A stretch of DNA of 64,000 nucleotides from the NCBI GenBank assembly GCA_951406725.2, contig OX597816.1, positions 1,798,001 to 1,862,000 of the forward strand, written 5' to 3'. Shown piece after piece: positions 22,876 through 37,179 of the stretch (position 1 is its first letter; each line of letters starts with the position of its first letter). The position numbers and the translations under genes were made by a program. Below the pieces are notes generated by a model, which made no database searches, was not told the DNA's origin, and saw only the letters and a program-made list of their open reading frames with translations. Source of the stretch: Octopus vulgaris. Lineage: Eukaryota.

Positions 22876-25800
22876 TTTTTAAAATGTTCTAAATCAAAAT
22901 CTTTGATCAAAATTCCACATTTATTCATGTTCTAAAAACCAGATTAATTAAGTGAATAGTTTCTTTCCTTTTATTTTTTTAAACTAAATTCTTCATTATC
23001 TTCAGAATTAATTGACACAAAGGCAGCATGTTTCAGGAGGAATGAATCTGGTGCCAAAACGCAAAAGGGTCCAATGTTTTAATGCAAACTTGGGACAATC
23101 TGAGCCTAAAGTAAAACTGAAACCAGAATAGAAAATTCCCAGCTAAACATGCAGTGAAACAAAGATCACCCCAATAAACCCATATAATCCAATATTATTG
23201 GTTTATTGAACTTTCATGATCAGAAATATCCATCATTGGGCAATCAGATTAATTTACATCATCATCGTCGTCGTTTAATGTCTGCTTTCCCTGCTGGTAT
23301 GGGTTGGACGGTTTGACTTGGGTCTGGGAAGCCAGGAGGCTGCACCAGGCTCCAGTCTGATCTGGCAGAGTTTCTACAGCTGGATGCCCTTCCTAACGCC
23401 AACCACTCCATGAGTGTAGTGGATGCTTTTTACGTGCCAGGGGAGGCTGGCAACGGCCTACAATCGGTTGGTGCTTTTTACATGCCACCAGCATGGAGAC
23501 CAGTCGAGGCAGCACTGGCAACGGCCTAAAACTAAAATGTTGAAATAAGGAAAGGGTATAAATGAGTGGCTGGGGGAGGAGGGAGTTATAGAAATGAGGA
23601 ATTGGTTTTTATTTTCATAAATGTTTCTTTTGGAAACTAGTCTCCATTTCATCATTAAACACCAAGAAAGTTGATGAAATTAAATCCTAATTATTGCGTG
23701 ATGCCATATTACCCGTGCTGGCAAAAATATACACCAGCCATCGGTCACTGATGGCAAACACTTTAGTCACATTCATAGAAGACCCAAACAGTTCAGGGAA
23801 AGATATTTTTATGTGGACATTACAGAAAATTTGATTTTTTGGGTTTTTTTTAAATTTTTAACATCTAATCTGTTGCAGCTGGTGACTCCCCCTCCTTTCA
23901 ATGGAGTGGGGGGGAACTATTCAGTAATGGCAGTTTAATTTCAAGTATAACAAGTACACTCCCCCACACACACACATCACACAGACAGAAACCCTAACTT
24001 TAGCAGAATACAGTGACACAGAGACCCCACCCACCACACTCTAGTGTTAGGCTCTGGCAAAAGTCTTTAGATGACATCAGTTTAGGGAATTACCTAAAAC
24101 TGTAATCCTTCCCCTAGATTCCTAATCCCCCAACACACACACCCCAGGAGCTGTTAATTCATCATCATCATCATCATTTAACGTCCGCTAGGTTTAGTAA
24201 TTATTTACCCCAAACACCATGGTTTCATGTTTTAATGTACAAACTCCTGTTGAACCAAAGCTGAAGCTAAACACGAGAGAGAGAAATGGATGGAACTAAA
24301 CATCTGTTTTGAAACATTTACAGATATTTTAGAGATTTGAGAATAAACTTTCACAACAGTTCTTTCCTATTTGAATTGAGGCACAACATGGCTGCCTGAC
24401 TGAGAGGTCACTCCCCCCCTCACACCCATGTGGCTTGGAGTTCAGTCCCACCTTGAGCAAGGGTCTTTGGCCACACTGAGGACCAATCAAAGCCTTGTGT
24501 GGATTTGGGAGATGGAAACTGAAAGAAGCCCATCATGTGCTTGTGTAGTGTCCCCTTGTCTTGACAAAATGCAGTTGTGGTGTTCAAGGGAAGTGTTACC
24601 TGTGCCTGGGAACAGGTGAGGGTTGATAAGAGGAAGGGCATCGGACTGTAGCAAATCTACTTCAAGGAATTCACACAAACATCAAAAACAAATGCAGACA
24701 TTAGAGCAATGATGATGATGATGATGATGAATGAGGTGGGTAAAGCTTCTCACTCGATATTCTGGCAAGAAAAAGGTGTAACCGGGGACAACTCTGCTGG
24801 AGCAGCATATGATGACACGTAGGTATTCGTGTTAAACAGTAGGGGTCATCTACAAACGCAACGTTTCAGATACAGGGGACATCTCCCCCTTATTGATGAC
24901 CACATTACACAATAACATTGCTTAGGTTTAACTGATGGATTACAGTGTGACAGTGTAGCTTATGTAGGATTATCTCAAGGGCTCAGTCTCTTCCTGTAGT
25001 TTATGAAGGACCATAACAAAGACAAGCAAAGCAAACTTGGCTGCAACACGACAGCTGTTGGCTTTTGTGGTCTCTTCTTGTGTAACCCACAGCTTAGCAT
25101 TCAGCTTTGCTTTGAAGAAGACAGAATTACAAATTGTGGCTTCAATCTTGTTGCTAGAATATTTCTACTCAAACACACTTTCCTCAAAATGAGGAATTTT
25201 GTCATAATTAAGTTTGTCAGCTGGTGATTAGAATTGACATGAAATTTTAATGGAAAGTTTAAATTACAATCACTTTCAAGCAGGAACTTTGAGTCATGGA
25301 ACCAAAGCAAGGTCAGCCTCAAGATGATATGGAAAGGGTTAAAGGATGACAATCTAAACTGTGGGAATGATTTTAAATGAGGTCTTAAGTGATGGGGGTA
25401 GAAAAGCATTTCCTTTCTTGGAATGTATAACGTACAGGTCATGGTTGGAGAGGTGTTTGAAAATAAATAGGTTTTTTTGGCATTTTTGTTCAGTTCTCTC
25501 GTATGATTCAGAAAGACAAACATTTTAAAATGGTGCCACATAAAAAGCACCAAGCGCACGATGAGGACACGAAATACTTAGGGGCAAACACATCCAACAA
25601 ATTTATAGGACTTCCACCATTTCCCACACAAACAACCAAGCAACATAAAGTCGAATTTGTTCTAGAAAGACATTGGCCAGCTTGGAGAAAAAATTGTAAG
25701 CTCTCCACTCCAGATGCAATGGCCAGAATTCAGGACTTACAATGTTGTGAAGCATTGGTGGGGTGATAATAGGATTGTAAGTTCTTGGGGGTGGGGAGTT

Positions 25801-27484
25801 GTGAAGTCTGTCTCGACTGGGTCAACAAAACAATGTTGAGTGTTCGCAGGAGATTATAGCTGCTGCATGGCACTTTGGCCAAATGTGTCCTCAACTGTTG
25901 GCCAGGAAGGACCAAAACCTTGTGAGTGGGTTCAGTAGGCAGAAACTAAAAGAAGCCCATTGTGTGTGTGTATGTGTGTGGCACCAGTACCATTATATAA
26001 CGGTTGTAAAGAAGCATCACGCCATCGTAGAAGCAGTGTTGTTCTTTCCAATGTTCCATGTAAAAATACTCTGGTCTTGGGAAACAGGAAGGAACTGTTT
26101 GACCGAAGCAATCATCATCATCATTTAGCGTCCGTTTTCCATGCTAGCATGGGTTGGACGGTTCAACTGGGGTCTGTGAAACCAGAAGGCTGCATCAGGC
26201 CTAGTCTGATCTGGCAGTGTTTCTACGGCTGGATGCCCTTCCTAACACCAACCACTCCGCGAGTGTAGTGGGTGCTCTTTACGTGCCACCAGCACAGGTG
26301 CCAGACGGAGCTGGCAAACGGCCACGGACGGATGGTGCTTTTTATGTGCCACCGACACGGGGGCCGGGCGAGGCTGGCAACGGCCACGATCGGATGGTGC
26401 TTTTTATGTGCCACCGGCACGGGGGCCAGGCGAGGCTGGCAACGGCCACGAACGGATGGTGCTTTTTATGTGCCACCGGCACGGAGGCCAGTCGGGGCGG
26501 AAAAGTAAATGATGATGATGAGGAGGAGGAGAAGGAGGATGTGACTGTCTGAACTGAGGGAGGGAAACTGTGTTCTTGTATTCTATGAATGTTCCAGGGT
26601 TTGTTTTGTGATGGAAGGAATTTACCTCTAACTACACTTAAATAAAGATTTTAGATATGAACGAAAGTAAATTAAATCATCAATTTTTTAACAATTCGAT
26701 GAGGTTAATAATTTATAATTAATATCAGAGTAACGAATGTCTCCAACATCCACCTGAGGCACCAATCTCCCTTCCAGTCGTTCCTCAGGTATCTTAGCTC
26801 CAAACAAAACTAAAGTTTAGTACAAACAATACATTAGATCTGTCGTGGAATTTGTCCAGCCTACCTGGGCCCCCCACCTGACATCTCTTCACAGCTTAGC
26901 TGTTACTAGCAAATGAGAATAAGGGAGCTAAAAGGACATTGGCTAATCATTTTAGATGCCTATGGTAGTCACAGAGAGCCCCTTTTCTTCCTCTCCCACT
27001 TAACCCAGTAGAACATAGAGGGGGGTGCAGGGGCTCATCCAGTGTGCACCAGACATCATTACAGGTTGTGTGGCTGGGTGGGTGGGTAAGAAATTAGCTT
27101 CCCAACAACATGGTTTCAGGTTCAGTCCCACTGTGTGGCACCTCAGGCTGTAACCCCAGAGCAACCAAAGTCTTGTTAGTGAATTTGGTAAATAGAAACT
27201 AAAAGAAGCCCATTGGACATGTGTGTGTGTGTGTGTCCCACCACTGCTTGACAAATGGTTTTCTACTTTAAAAAAAATGTACCAGGGTCAATTTGTTTGA
27301 GCGAATTCTTCCAGGTAGTGCTCCAGCATGGCCACAATTCAATGACTGAAACAGGTCAAAAATAACAGCATGACTGTGTGTGTGTATGAATATAGCTTTA
27401 AAAGCAACGACAGCCTTGTTTTTACACCTGCTACATTGAAAGAAAGAAAGAAAAACAAAATTAATTAAAGGTAAATAATTTCAC

Positions 27485-27605
27485 CTGTGACCAAATAATT
27501 CATAATCAATCTGTTCATATCAGCTCTGGTGATGTGTAAATTGTTCAACTTCTCCATCCATTCCTCTTTGGTGGTTTCCATTTGTTTATCATTCCCCAAA
27601 CTCAT
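27485..27605 (-). CDS. GID8: Glucose-induced degradation protein 8 homolog (TWA1, CTLH complex), first coding exon (LisH)
   Basis: ATG at 27605. Translates [40 protein letters not shown](E), then G|GTgaaa donor. An acceptor (ttcttttctAG, 27615-27614) lies 8 nt upstream of the ATG, implying a non-coding upstream exon. Very close to human GID8 as I recall it ([29 protein letters not shown]). Confidence 0.97.
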
Positions 27606-28454
27606 TGTGTTTACTAGAAAAGAACAAAAGGAAAAAAAATATATATAGATATATATATATATATATATACAAAATGAGAAAATGGAGAAATATATCTAAA
27701 TCATTCATCAACTATCAGATAATACCGAATCATATACTTTATTAAAACACCACACAAGAGCATTAAGATTAGACATTAATACAGTACAATAATTACAATC
27801 AATATAATGAGATATAACTAAATAAATATAACAAGATATAAAAATACATATACATTATAACTGACAGCTGTTTCAGCCATGCAGATAGGTATGTCTCATT
27901 TAACCTATATTAGCCATATATTGCAGGTATAGATAGATATATAGGCACACACACACACACATGTATACAGATCATCATAATGTTAATAGTTGTTTTTGTG
28001 AGGTGGTTAGTTCGACAGAGAAACATTGTTTTGCATGCAAACAAGAGGGGTTTGGTGACAGGAAGGGCATCATTCAGCCATGGAAAATATTGCCCGACCC
28101 ATGCAAGCATGGAAAAGTGGTCATTAAAATGGCGATGGTCATGTAACAAACACAAGTTAGGGCAGAACGCAATCTCAGAATGATTGTCATTTAGTGAAAT
28201 TGTGAAATCAGAACTTGTGCAGAAAAATATAAAGAATACAAAAAAAAAAAAAAGAGAGAAAGAGTTGTTGTGACAAACTATTAACGGAAACACAGGAAAA
28301 AGAACAAAAACTTCTGTTTAAAAAAAAAAAACCCAAAAAATCTCCAATTTATTTTTCTATAACTTGTTAACTCGATCAAAATGTTTCTATTTAAAAGCAT
28401 ATTAAATGAATTTAATGAGGTTTCAGTGGCATCCTTACCCCCTCCCACTGTACA

Positions 28455-29040
28455 CATTTCAAACCCTACTCTTTATTTGACGAATGGGGTACTCTGTTCT
28501 CATTCCTAACGTATTCTGTTTTTTTTTTTTCTGTTGATATTATTTCCCAAGTCACTGCCTGGGATTGAACTTAGAATCTGAGGGTTAGTAGCCTGCGCTC
28601 TTATCCACTACACTATGTGCCCGTAGGCAATTATAGAGTGAAGTTTAGGGCTTATAAACCTAGCATTTCATCTTCTTTCAGTACTGGTTCCCATATTGCA
28701 TTCATATCTGCACTCGGCCTGCTTAGGGGGTCATTGTGTCCTGTCCTAGCATATGTGCTGCATCATCATCATTTAACATCCGTTGTCCATGCTGGCATGG
28801 GTTGGATGGTTTGACCAGGGCTGGCATGACGGAAGGCTGCGCCAGGCTCCAGTACTCCCTAATGCCGTTCTGTCTTATCTTAAGCATTTCTTTTAAGAAT
28901 GAGAAGAGAGTACCCCGTTAGTCAAATAAAGGTTAGGGTTTGGAAATTTCAGCAGAACACCTGATGAAGGCTGGAGAGTACATCAGCTGAAACATTGTGA
29001 TGACAACAAACAAGGTGAGGACACCTGTCCTTTGTAAATA
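28455..29040 (+). mobile_element. Penelope-like terminal remnant with inverted arms and a minimal hammerhead-like motif
   Basis: 28455-28510 is inverted relative to ~28890-28948. Motif cac-CTGATGA-aggctg...cagct-GAAA-catt-gtg at 28958-28999. Interrupted by an RTE tail at ~28760-28855. Confidence 0.6.
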
Positions 29041-31925
29041 GTGTCCCTAACCTTAGTGTTGGTACCTGCAGACAATTGACTTCGTTGGACCAATGTTTCC
29101 TGCTTTTAGTCCGTTGTACCAAGGTAGACGTGTACAGATATTTATTTATAGAACAACAGGGAGGATGAGAAAAATACATTTTTGCTTTCTCGTTTTAACA
29201 ATATCTTCCAGCTAACCCCCTCCTCCTGGTTCTTCTACCCTGACACCCCATCATTATTTACATCTCTTCCCAGCTCCACTCAATCACTCGGATCCTCTCT
29301 TCAAAAATGTGAGTAGCCCTGTGGACCCTCCACAAGAAACCTATTCTGCTTTGGCCCCTTCTTTCACACTTCAGTCCCCTTTTGAAATTTGTAGTCTTGC
29401 AAGTTGCATGATAAACTCACTTGTGCTGGGACCATGATCAGAACATGCTGTGAAGGGACTGATGTTAGGAAAGACATCCGTGCCATAGGAAGGGCGCTGG
29501 AGCCCAGAAAGTCCTATCAAAGCATCCAATCCAGGCCAGCCTGGAACCGGCACATTAAAGGATGATGATCACAAATTGACCAATATCACTGTTGTAGCTT
29601 CTTTCTGTTGTATTTCAAGAAATCGTTAAATGTAATCACACACTAATTCCTTTCATTAACTCCACAGATTCAAAATCAAAACTTTTTGTCAATTCTCTTT
29701 AAAGAATGCCTTGTTGTATTTTAACAAGTTAGACTATCAAGTTCCTTATCCCCAGAGAAATATGGAATGCAGGCAACAGAAAAACAAAAAAAAAACCCTG
29801 CTCAAACTTTTCCTGCAAATATTGAACCAAAATCAGCTGATCCCAACCAAGGGGACTTTTTTCTTCTTGTATTAATTTTGTTTAATCTGTTGGGTTTATA
29901 TGCTTAGTACAACCAGCATCAAGCTTATTTAGATTACTTATAATCCTTAATATAAAATGTACAAAAAAGATAAGAAACAGTGAAACCAGTTTTTATAATA
30001 AGCCAATTATTTAGGTGCTCACTGATAAGACCACTCAATTAACCAGATATCATCATCAATTTAACATCCACTTTTCTGTGCTTGCATGGGTCGGCAGAGT
30101 TTATTGAGGCAGGCTTCGGGGGACGTTCCTTCCCGTTACCGATCTTCACTTGTTTCCACGCAATGTAATATTTTCCCATAGAAAGACATTTTACTAGCAG
30201 AATGATGCTGCTTCAAATCACGCAATGTCAAGACAAGGAGAGAGAAACACACATCATCGTCGTTTAACGTCCACTCCCCATGCTGGCATGGGTTGGACAG
30301 TTTGACTGAGGACTGACAAGCCAGGAGGCTGCACCAGGCTCCAATCTGATCTGGCAAGGTTTCTACAACTGGATGCCCTTCCTAATGCCAACCACTCTGA
30401 GGGTGTAGTGGATGCTTTTCATGTTCCACCAGCATGGGAGCCAGTCAGGTGGCACAGGTGCTTTTCACATGCCACTGGCATTGACCATGCTCAAATGATT
30501 CCTATTTACTTACCCCTGGCACGGGTGCAAGTCTGGTGGCACTGGCATTGGCCATAGCTACAATCTTACTTGGCTTGCTGGGTCTTCTCAAAGCCCAACA
30601 CATCTCCAAAGGTCTCAGTCGCTTGTCATTGCCTCTGTGAGGCCCAACGTTCGAAGGTCGGGCTTCACCACCTTGTCCCTTCTTTCCGTTTCTGTTAATC
30701 TAAATCAACTCCCAAGGCTTTTGTTAGTTTGGTGCCATAACAGAAGCGGCACACTTGGCCCTAGGTGCCACAGAGTGGGACTGAAACTGCAATCGTGTGA
30801 TTGGGAAGCAAACTTCTGAAGCACAAAACAAAATCTCTGCCCATGGCAGTCATTTTAGAAACTGTTACAAATGAAAAGAACTTCTCATAGCAACAAAAGG
30901 AAAAAGGGAGCCAACAGTAAATTTATGTTTCATTAAATGTCTTTTATTCATTTTTTTTTTTGGTCTTGACCCATTTTCATACCAACCTGCCTGAAAGCAC
31001 CCAGGTTCTATGCTACAAACTGCCTGTTTAAAAAAAAAAAAAACAACAACCTTAAAACCTTCCATCAATTTCTAGATTAATTTTATGTTCCACATGACAA
31101 AAGAGATTTTACTAAATTCTTCATTATTTTGAAAATGAATTGAAACAAAAACAGTGAACTTTTGGGAGAAAGATGGTGACTCTAAGGATGAATATTCCTT
31201 CAAAATCCAGTTGACAAACATGGAATTATAATTACCAAATACACACAAAACAAAAATACTGTTAAGCTAAAACAAACATTCTTTCAGTGACACCAAATTT
31301 AGTTCCTTTGAAATTTCATTGAATTCTCAAAATAACTCTGGATTCAACAATTTATTCTTTGTCAAGAACACTGATAATTATCTTGATGAGAAAAGAGATT
31401 AGTCAAAGAGAAAGAAAAAAATAAGAAAAATAGTTTGAGAAGGGATTTATTTTCAATAAATTATTTCTTGATAATAGCCAAAAGAAGAAAAAAAAACATG
31501 TAAAAATAAATTCTAAATATTCACTTCTATTAGACCAAAAGTTGAAAAAAAAAGAGAAAGAAAATAACGATTTAGAAATGAAATGTCTGTTTTTTTTTAA
31601 TTCCTAATGATTTAAACAGTTTTAACAGATATCAAATGTTACGATTTCAGAAGGCCAACAGTCGAGAGAAGAGTTCTCTCCCTTCCTACTTCTATCTCCA
31701 ACTATTTCTTCTCCACTCAGAAATTTAGTTGGCAAATACACTCAACAGACCAGGCAATGTTTCCTGGAGAGAGAGAGAGAGAGCTTTTGATGACACAGTG
31801 ATGAAGGGTTCTGCTAATAGAGAATTTTGTTTTAACTGTTTTATATTTCTTCTTAATATTATTATGAAAACCTATTACTATTAGTCACTATTTATAAATA
31901 TATTTTCCTGAATTATAAATCTTAC

Positions 31926-32082
31926 CAACGCAGACAGCTTATCACTTTCCTCAAATCCTACTGACCATTTGATTTAAAGATCTCACCATTCTCGTTGCCA
32001 TTATTAACTATACATTCCTTCTGCAGCACTTTATTTTGAATTTCTTCAGGTTCAATCTTTTGTAAGACATTCTATAAGTATT
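31926..32082 (-). other. Candidate non-coding (5'UTR) exon upstream of GID8
   Basis: Acceptor ttctttattttAG and strong donor TTG|GTAAGA bracket 157 nt of purine-rich, non-repetitive sequence. No frame is open throughout. Supported by splice signals only. Confidence 0.3.
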
Positions 32083-32417
32083 CTAAAATAAAGAATCATA
32101 TTAAACATTTTCTCTTTCCACTTGGGATAATAATATTCAATATTTAAGAGTAAAACATTTGGAATCCAAAGAATGTAGAAGGGAGTCCATAGAGGCACCA
32201 ATGGTAAAAGTAAATCGAGGAGAGTTACTGGGGAGGGAGGGTTAATATCTTTGGTAGTTGTGAGGATTTAACAAAATAAGAAAAAAGTTCTGTTGTGTCT
32301 GGGGAGAGTCTTTCTCTTTTAGTGGCTTATTATTTAACACACTCACTGGCAAAGTTTCCACTCATTTACTTATTTATTTTTCTTAAATTTTCGTTGCGTC
32401 TTACAACTTTTTCAAGA

Positions 32418-32752
32418 GCAGCTGTGTGGTAACCACATGGTTCCGGGTTCAGTCCCACTGCATGGCACCTTGGGCAAAGTGTCTTCTACTATAGCCTCGG
32501 GCCAACCAAAGCCTTGTGAGTGGATTTAGTAGACAGAAACTGAAAGAAACCCATTGTATGTTTGTCCCTTCCAGCATTGCTTGACAACCGATGCTGGTGT
32601 GTTTATGTCATTGTAACTTAGCGGTTCGGCAAAAGAGACTGATAGAATAAGTACTAGGCTTACAGAGAATAAGTCCTGGGGTTGATTTGCATGACTAAAG
32701 GCAGTGCTCCAGCATGGCCACAGTCAAATGACTGAAATGAGTAAAAGAATAG
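32418..32752 (+). mobile_element. SINE family A copy
   Basis: ggttccgggttcagtcccact (B-box-like) followed by ccttgggcaaagtgtcttctactatagcc (CORE-like); colinear with 53025-53418. Confidence 0.8.
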
Positions 32753-34158
32753 AAAAAAAAGCATAAGTAAATGAGTGGAAATTTTACCGGTGTGTGTGTT
32801 AAATTATAAGGCACAAAAAGAGAATGACCCTCCCCAGACACAGCAAAATATGCTTCAACACACGAACTCACATAAAGAATCTTGCAAACCAAATCCAAAA
32901 ACGAAAAAAAAAAAAAGGTACCAGACTAAAACTACCCTGAATTCATTATTTGAAACTCTGGTCCCTTAACACACTAGAAAATTAAACTGGACCCATTAAC
33001 AAACTTGGAGAATTATTTTTGCATTTTTATTGGAAACTTTATTCTCTCCAACACCACATGGAGTGCTCCATCGTTTGCAGAAAATAGCACCATCGTTGCT
33101 CCAGACAACTTTAACTTCAATTTCAGAATACATCTAAGGCTGGGAACTCCATGCTATACGTCCCCTCCATAATTCAGCCCCACAACACAAATATATACTG
33201 CAACATGATTTCTTTTCCTCAACAGGCCCTGCTCTATTTAACATTATCCCAAAAACAAATTAGAAAAGAAAAAGACCCCTATCTCCATTAAACAATATCT
33301 GGACAAATCACTTCAAGGAACACTTGTTAAGGCCATGTCTATTAAATGGCCTGGGACCAATTTGGGGCCAAAACATATCAAAGTTTATCTAACTTCCCAA
33401 ATAAAACCAACAAATTCCAGTTGATAACAATTCCATGGATGGATTTCGATGTTACCCACTGAGCAAACAACGGTTCCAACATTGCCATTTACAATTCCAT
33501 TAGGAAATAAAATGGAAATGACAAAAAGACAAGTCTTGTGATAAATAAATAGTTCCGTCTCAGTATTTCTGTCTAAAAATGGTAACATGAAACCATTTTG
33601 TATTGACTGAACAAAAGCATAGAAGTTCTTACACCCTCACATTATTATTAAAAGACTTCAAATAACCAACCGAACTGGCAGACTAAATAGAATAATTAAT
33701 TCAAAATTTTAGAAAGTTAATAAAATCTTCCGGCTATTTATAACCAATTCATGTGGGAGGGAAGTCACTGATTCTGCTAAAAATAACCATCAAATCTCCC
33801 CCAAAACTTGAAAAAAGAGAGATACCCATTTAAATGATGTAATAATCCTAGCTGTGCAATGCCTGTGAGAAAGACAGGTTGGTCATGGCTGGAACAGTTT
33901 TGATTGTAAGTCTATTCAATCAGATATTGACCTAGGGTTAAATAACAGCAACTGATTTATTGGCTGATTGTGATCATAAATGGACACAGTGTGGCTGGGT
34001 GGTTAAGAAGCTGGCTTTTACAACCACAAGGTCCTGGGTTCAATTCTACTACATGGCATCTTGGTAAAGTGTGCTTTAACATAGTCCTGGGTTCATCCAA
34101 GCCTTGTCAGTGAAATTGGGTGATGGAAACTGTATGGAAGCTTGTTGGATGGATTTCA

Positions 34159-35085
34159 CAGGGTGCATTCCAGATGTTTTGAGACTTTTTCAGAAGAGAC
34201 CATAACAATTCCAAAGAAATACAAACTAGGATGATCGTCTGACTTGCTGTAGTGCTCTGTGGTGGCCACTTTGTGAAGTCCTCCAAAGTGGAGGTGTCCA
34301 GGACCCTGGCCACTGCCTCCATCTTCTGTGGTGGCCACTTTGTGAAGTCCTCCAAAGTGGAGGTATCCAGGACCCTGGCCACTGCCTCCATCTTCTGTGG
34401 TGGCCACTTTGTGAAGTCCTCCAAAGTGGAGGTGTCCAGGACCCTGGCCACTACTTCCATCTTCTTCAGCTTGGGGAACAATCAGAGGAAGTAAGGTCTG
34501 GACTGTAGGGAAAATGAAGGGCAGTTTTGATGCCCATCTCAGTCAAATAGTTGGCTACCAGGATGGAGCTGTGGACGGGAGCATTGTCCTCAGGTCTTTT
34601 GCTATGAAAACCTTTTCCTGAATTCCTTCAAAACCTCCACAAAGTCCCTTTTGTTGCCTGTCTGCTTAGAGTGAACCCAGTAGAGCTGATGTCCTTGCTA
34701 TTGAAAGAGGGGATCATCGTGGCTTCCTGCGGGACCTGCTTAGTCTCTGCTGTCAGCAACAAAATCTATGCTTCGCTTATAGAGAGTTAATCCCTAAGCA
34801 GTCTGCAGTATCTCATCAGTTTCTGTAGCGTTCTGGCCCCAGGGTTGCAAACCTCTAAATTGTCTTCAATGTCCCAACTGTATTTTACTAACAAGTCAGC
34901 TGCGAGAAGCACTGTGGAGTAGGGTGTGTTCAAAATGCTGTTACAGCTGTCTCCTTTAATCTGGAAATAAAAAATGTTGGTAGGTCAGCTTACTGGATGT
35001 ATACCGATGACATACTAAAATTACAATTATGTAGGACAGTTGTAAGTGCTTCTTAAAAAAAGTCTCAAAATTTCCGGACAGGACT
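34159..35085 (-). mobile_element. Degenerate mariner element with an internal 69-bp triplication
   Basis: Remnants GQNATETDEILQTA (N-terminal) and DNAPVHSSILVANYLTEMGIKTALHFPYSPDL..LFPKLKK. Degenerate TIRs share ttttgagacttttt. Three 69-bp units at ~34256-34465. Confidence 0.8.
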
Positions 35086-37179
35086 GAGAAAAAAAAAAAA
35101 AAAAACCCACCTGTAGAGGGTCACGTTCAGAAAGGACAAGTGTAAACAAACACACAGAAATTTAGATGGATGGATTTCTCTCTCTCTCTCCCCCCCCCCC
35201 ACATATATATATACATGATGGGCTTCTATTAAATTCTATCTAAGAAACTCACTCCTCACAAGGCTTTGTTGGCCAGGAGCTTTAATAGAAGACCCAAAGC
35301 ACTGCACAGTAGGAGTGAATCTGAACTCATGTGGTAGGGAAGTGACCTTTTTAACCACATGGCCATGTGGTAGGGAAGTGAACCACATGGCCATGGCTGC
35401 ATGAGTGCACACACACACACACACACACAGAAGAATGGGTTTCTGGTTAAGCATCTAGTAAACACTGAGGTGGTTGGCATATTAGGGAAGGCACCAAGCC
35501 ATAGAAAGCATATCAAAGTTGGTGATGGAGTTTGCTGTCAAACTATCCAACCCATACCAACATGGGAAACAAATGTTAAAAGGATCATCATCATCATCAT
35601 CATCAAGATGGTGGCAAGCTGGCAGAATCGTTAACACGGCGGACGGAATGCTTAGCAGTATTTCGTCCATCTTCACACTCTGAGTTCAAATTCTGCTGGG
35701 GCCGACTTTGCCTTTCATCCTTTTGGGGTTGATTAAATGAGTACCAGTTATACACTGAGGTCAATGTAATTGACTATCCACCTCACTCAAATTTCAGGCC
35801 TTGTGCCTATAATAGAAAGAATTTTTATTATTATCTGCGCCGGTGGCATGTAAAAAACACCCACTACACTCTCGGAGTGGTTGGCATTAGGAAAGGCATC
35901 CAGCTGTAGAAACACTGGTGCAGCCTCCTGGTTTCCCAGACCCCAGTCGAACCATCCAACCCAGCATGGAAAAGGGACATTAAACGATGATGATGATGAT
36001 GACTAGTATTATTTAGGACAATGTAATTCAGCCCTGTGCAATTTAGTCGTCTTCCTAGAGAAACTTCGCTGGACAGGCTCCGGTGCCTGGGCCCAACTGG
36101 CCAGGTTTCTGTGAAGAGCCGAGCAAACTAAGTTGCATGAGGCTGAATCAAACTGTTTTCAATAATCTGTCGCTCCTACAACACGTGTTCAGTGCTTCTG
36201 GCTTTCATTTGTCCAATCACTCACAAATCAAAAGAATCTTGCCTTATTTTTGAAGTAGATCCATTGGCCTAATAAATCTTTAAGAAGAATCTAGAAAGAC
36301 CTCAACTAAGTTATGCAAACCACTTGATGCTTCTGAATAATTTAAGAGACAAAATAAACTCTATTAGCAATGTTAACGATGTTGCATGAAAATATTTTAT
36401 CAAGATTCTGTTTTCAATTATGAAGTTGCAGGCTCCTGTCAAATTGTCCAACCCATACCAGCATGGAAAACAGCCGTGGAATGATGATGATGATGATGAT
36501 GTGCATGTTACTTGGTTTCAAGGAAAAGAGAATCATAACTTTTAATATTTAAAAGTTACAGGATTAAATTTTATCTCTAAACTCTTAGCTTCCTTTCGGA
36601 GGAATTCAACTTTGTATTCACTAAATACAGACACATTATAATTGTACCGTTAACCTAATTAGGCTGATTTTTCTCTTTTTCTGCTTAATTTTTTAAAGTT
36701 GTGACTCATTTTGTAAACAATTAGATGAATCTTGTTTTGAGGTCTGGCCACTTAAAAGCAAACCAGGAACACAAGCCAGGACTTTCTCAAGAGCTGAATC
36801 TCTTTTTCAGAAAGTTTTCAGAGGATGGGCTCGGAAAGGAGAAAACTTAGATGATATAAATGTAGAAATGATTTTCATTCCATTCAAAAAATGTTATTAT
36901 GAAAGCTTAAGTGGACAGAACAATTGCAATAGAAATGAAATTTACTTCATTGCTATAAGAGGACAGCTTTAAGTAGAAACAATAACCGGTTGAGCTACAC
37001 TGGAAAACTAGTAAGTGATTCTGTTATTTCACCAATCTAGAATTATATATCATCATCCTTTAGCATCTGTTTTCCATGCTGGCATGGGTTGGACGGTTTG
37101 AGTGGAACTGGTGAGCCAGGCAGCTGCAGCACCAGGCACCACTATATCTATTTACACCCAGAAACATGCTAAGAGCTTC

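Noticed and set aside
33050-33600. Complex-looking sequence with short open frames
   Set aside because: Stops in all frames and no motif recognised; possibly an old TE but unsupported.
34107-34481. 124-aa ORF with three 23-aa repeats
   Set aside because: In-frame 69-bp triplication inside a dead mariner transposase.
34780-34960. Minus-strand acceptor followed by a 57-codon open frame
   Set aside because: Lies in the 5' part of the mariner remnant; no homology to a host protein recognised.
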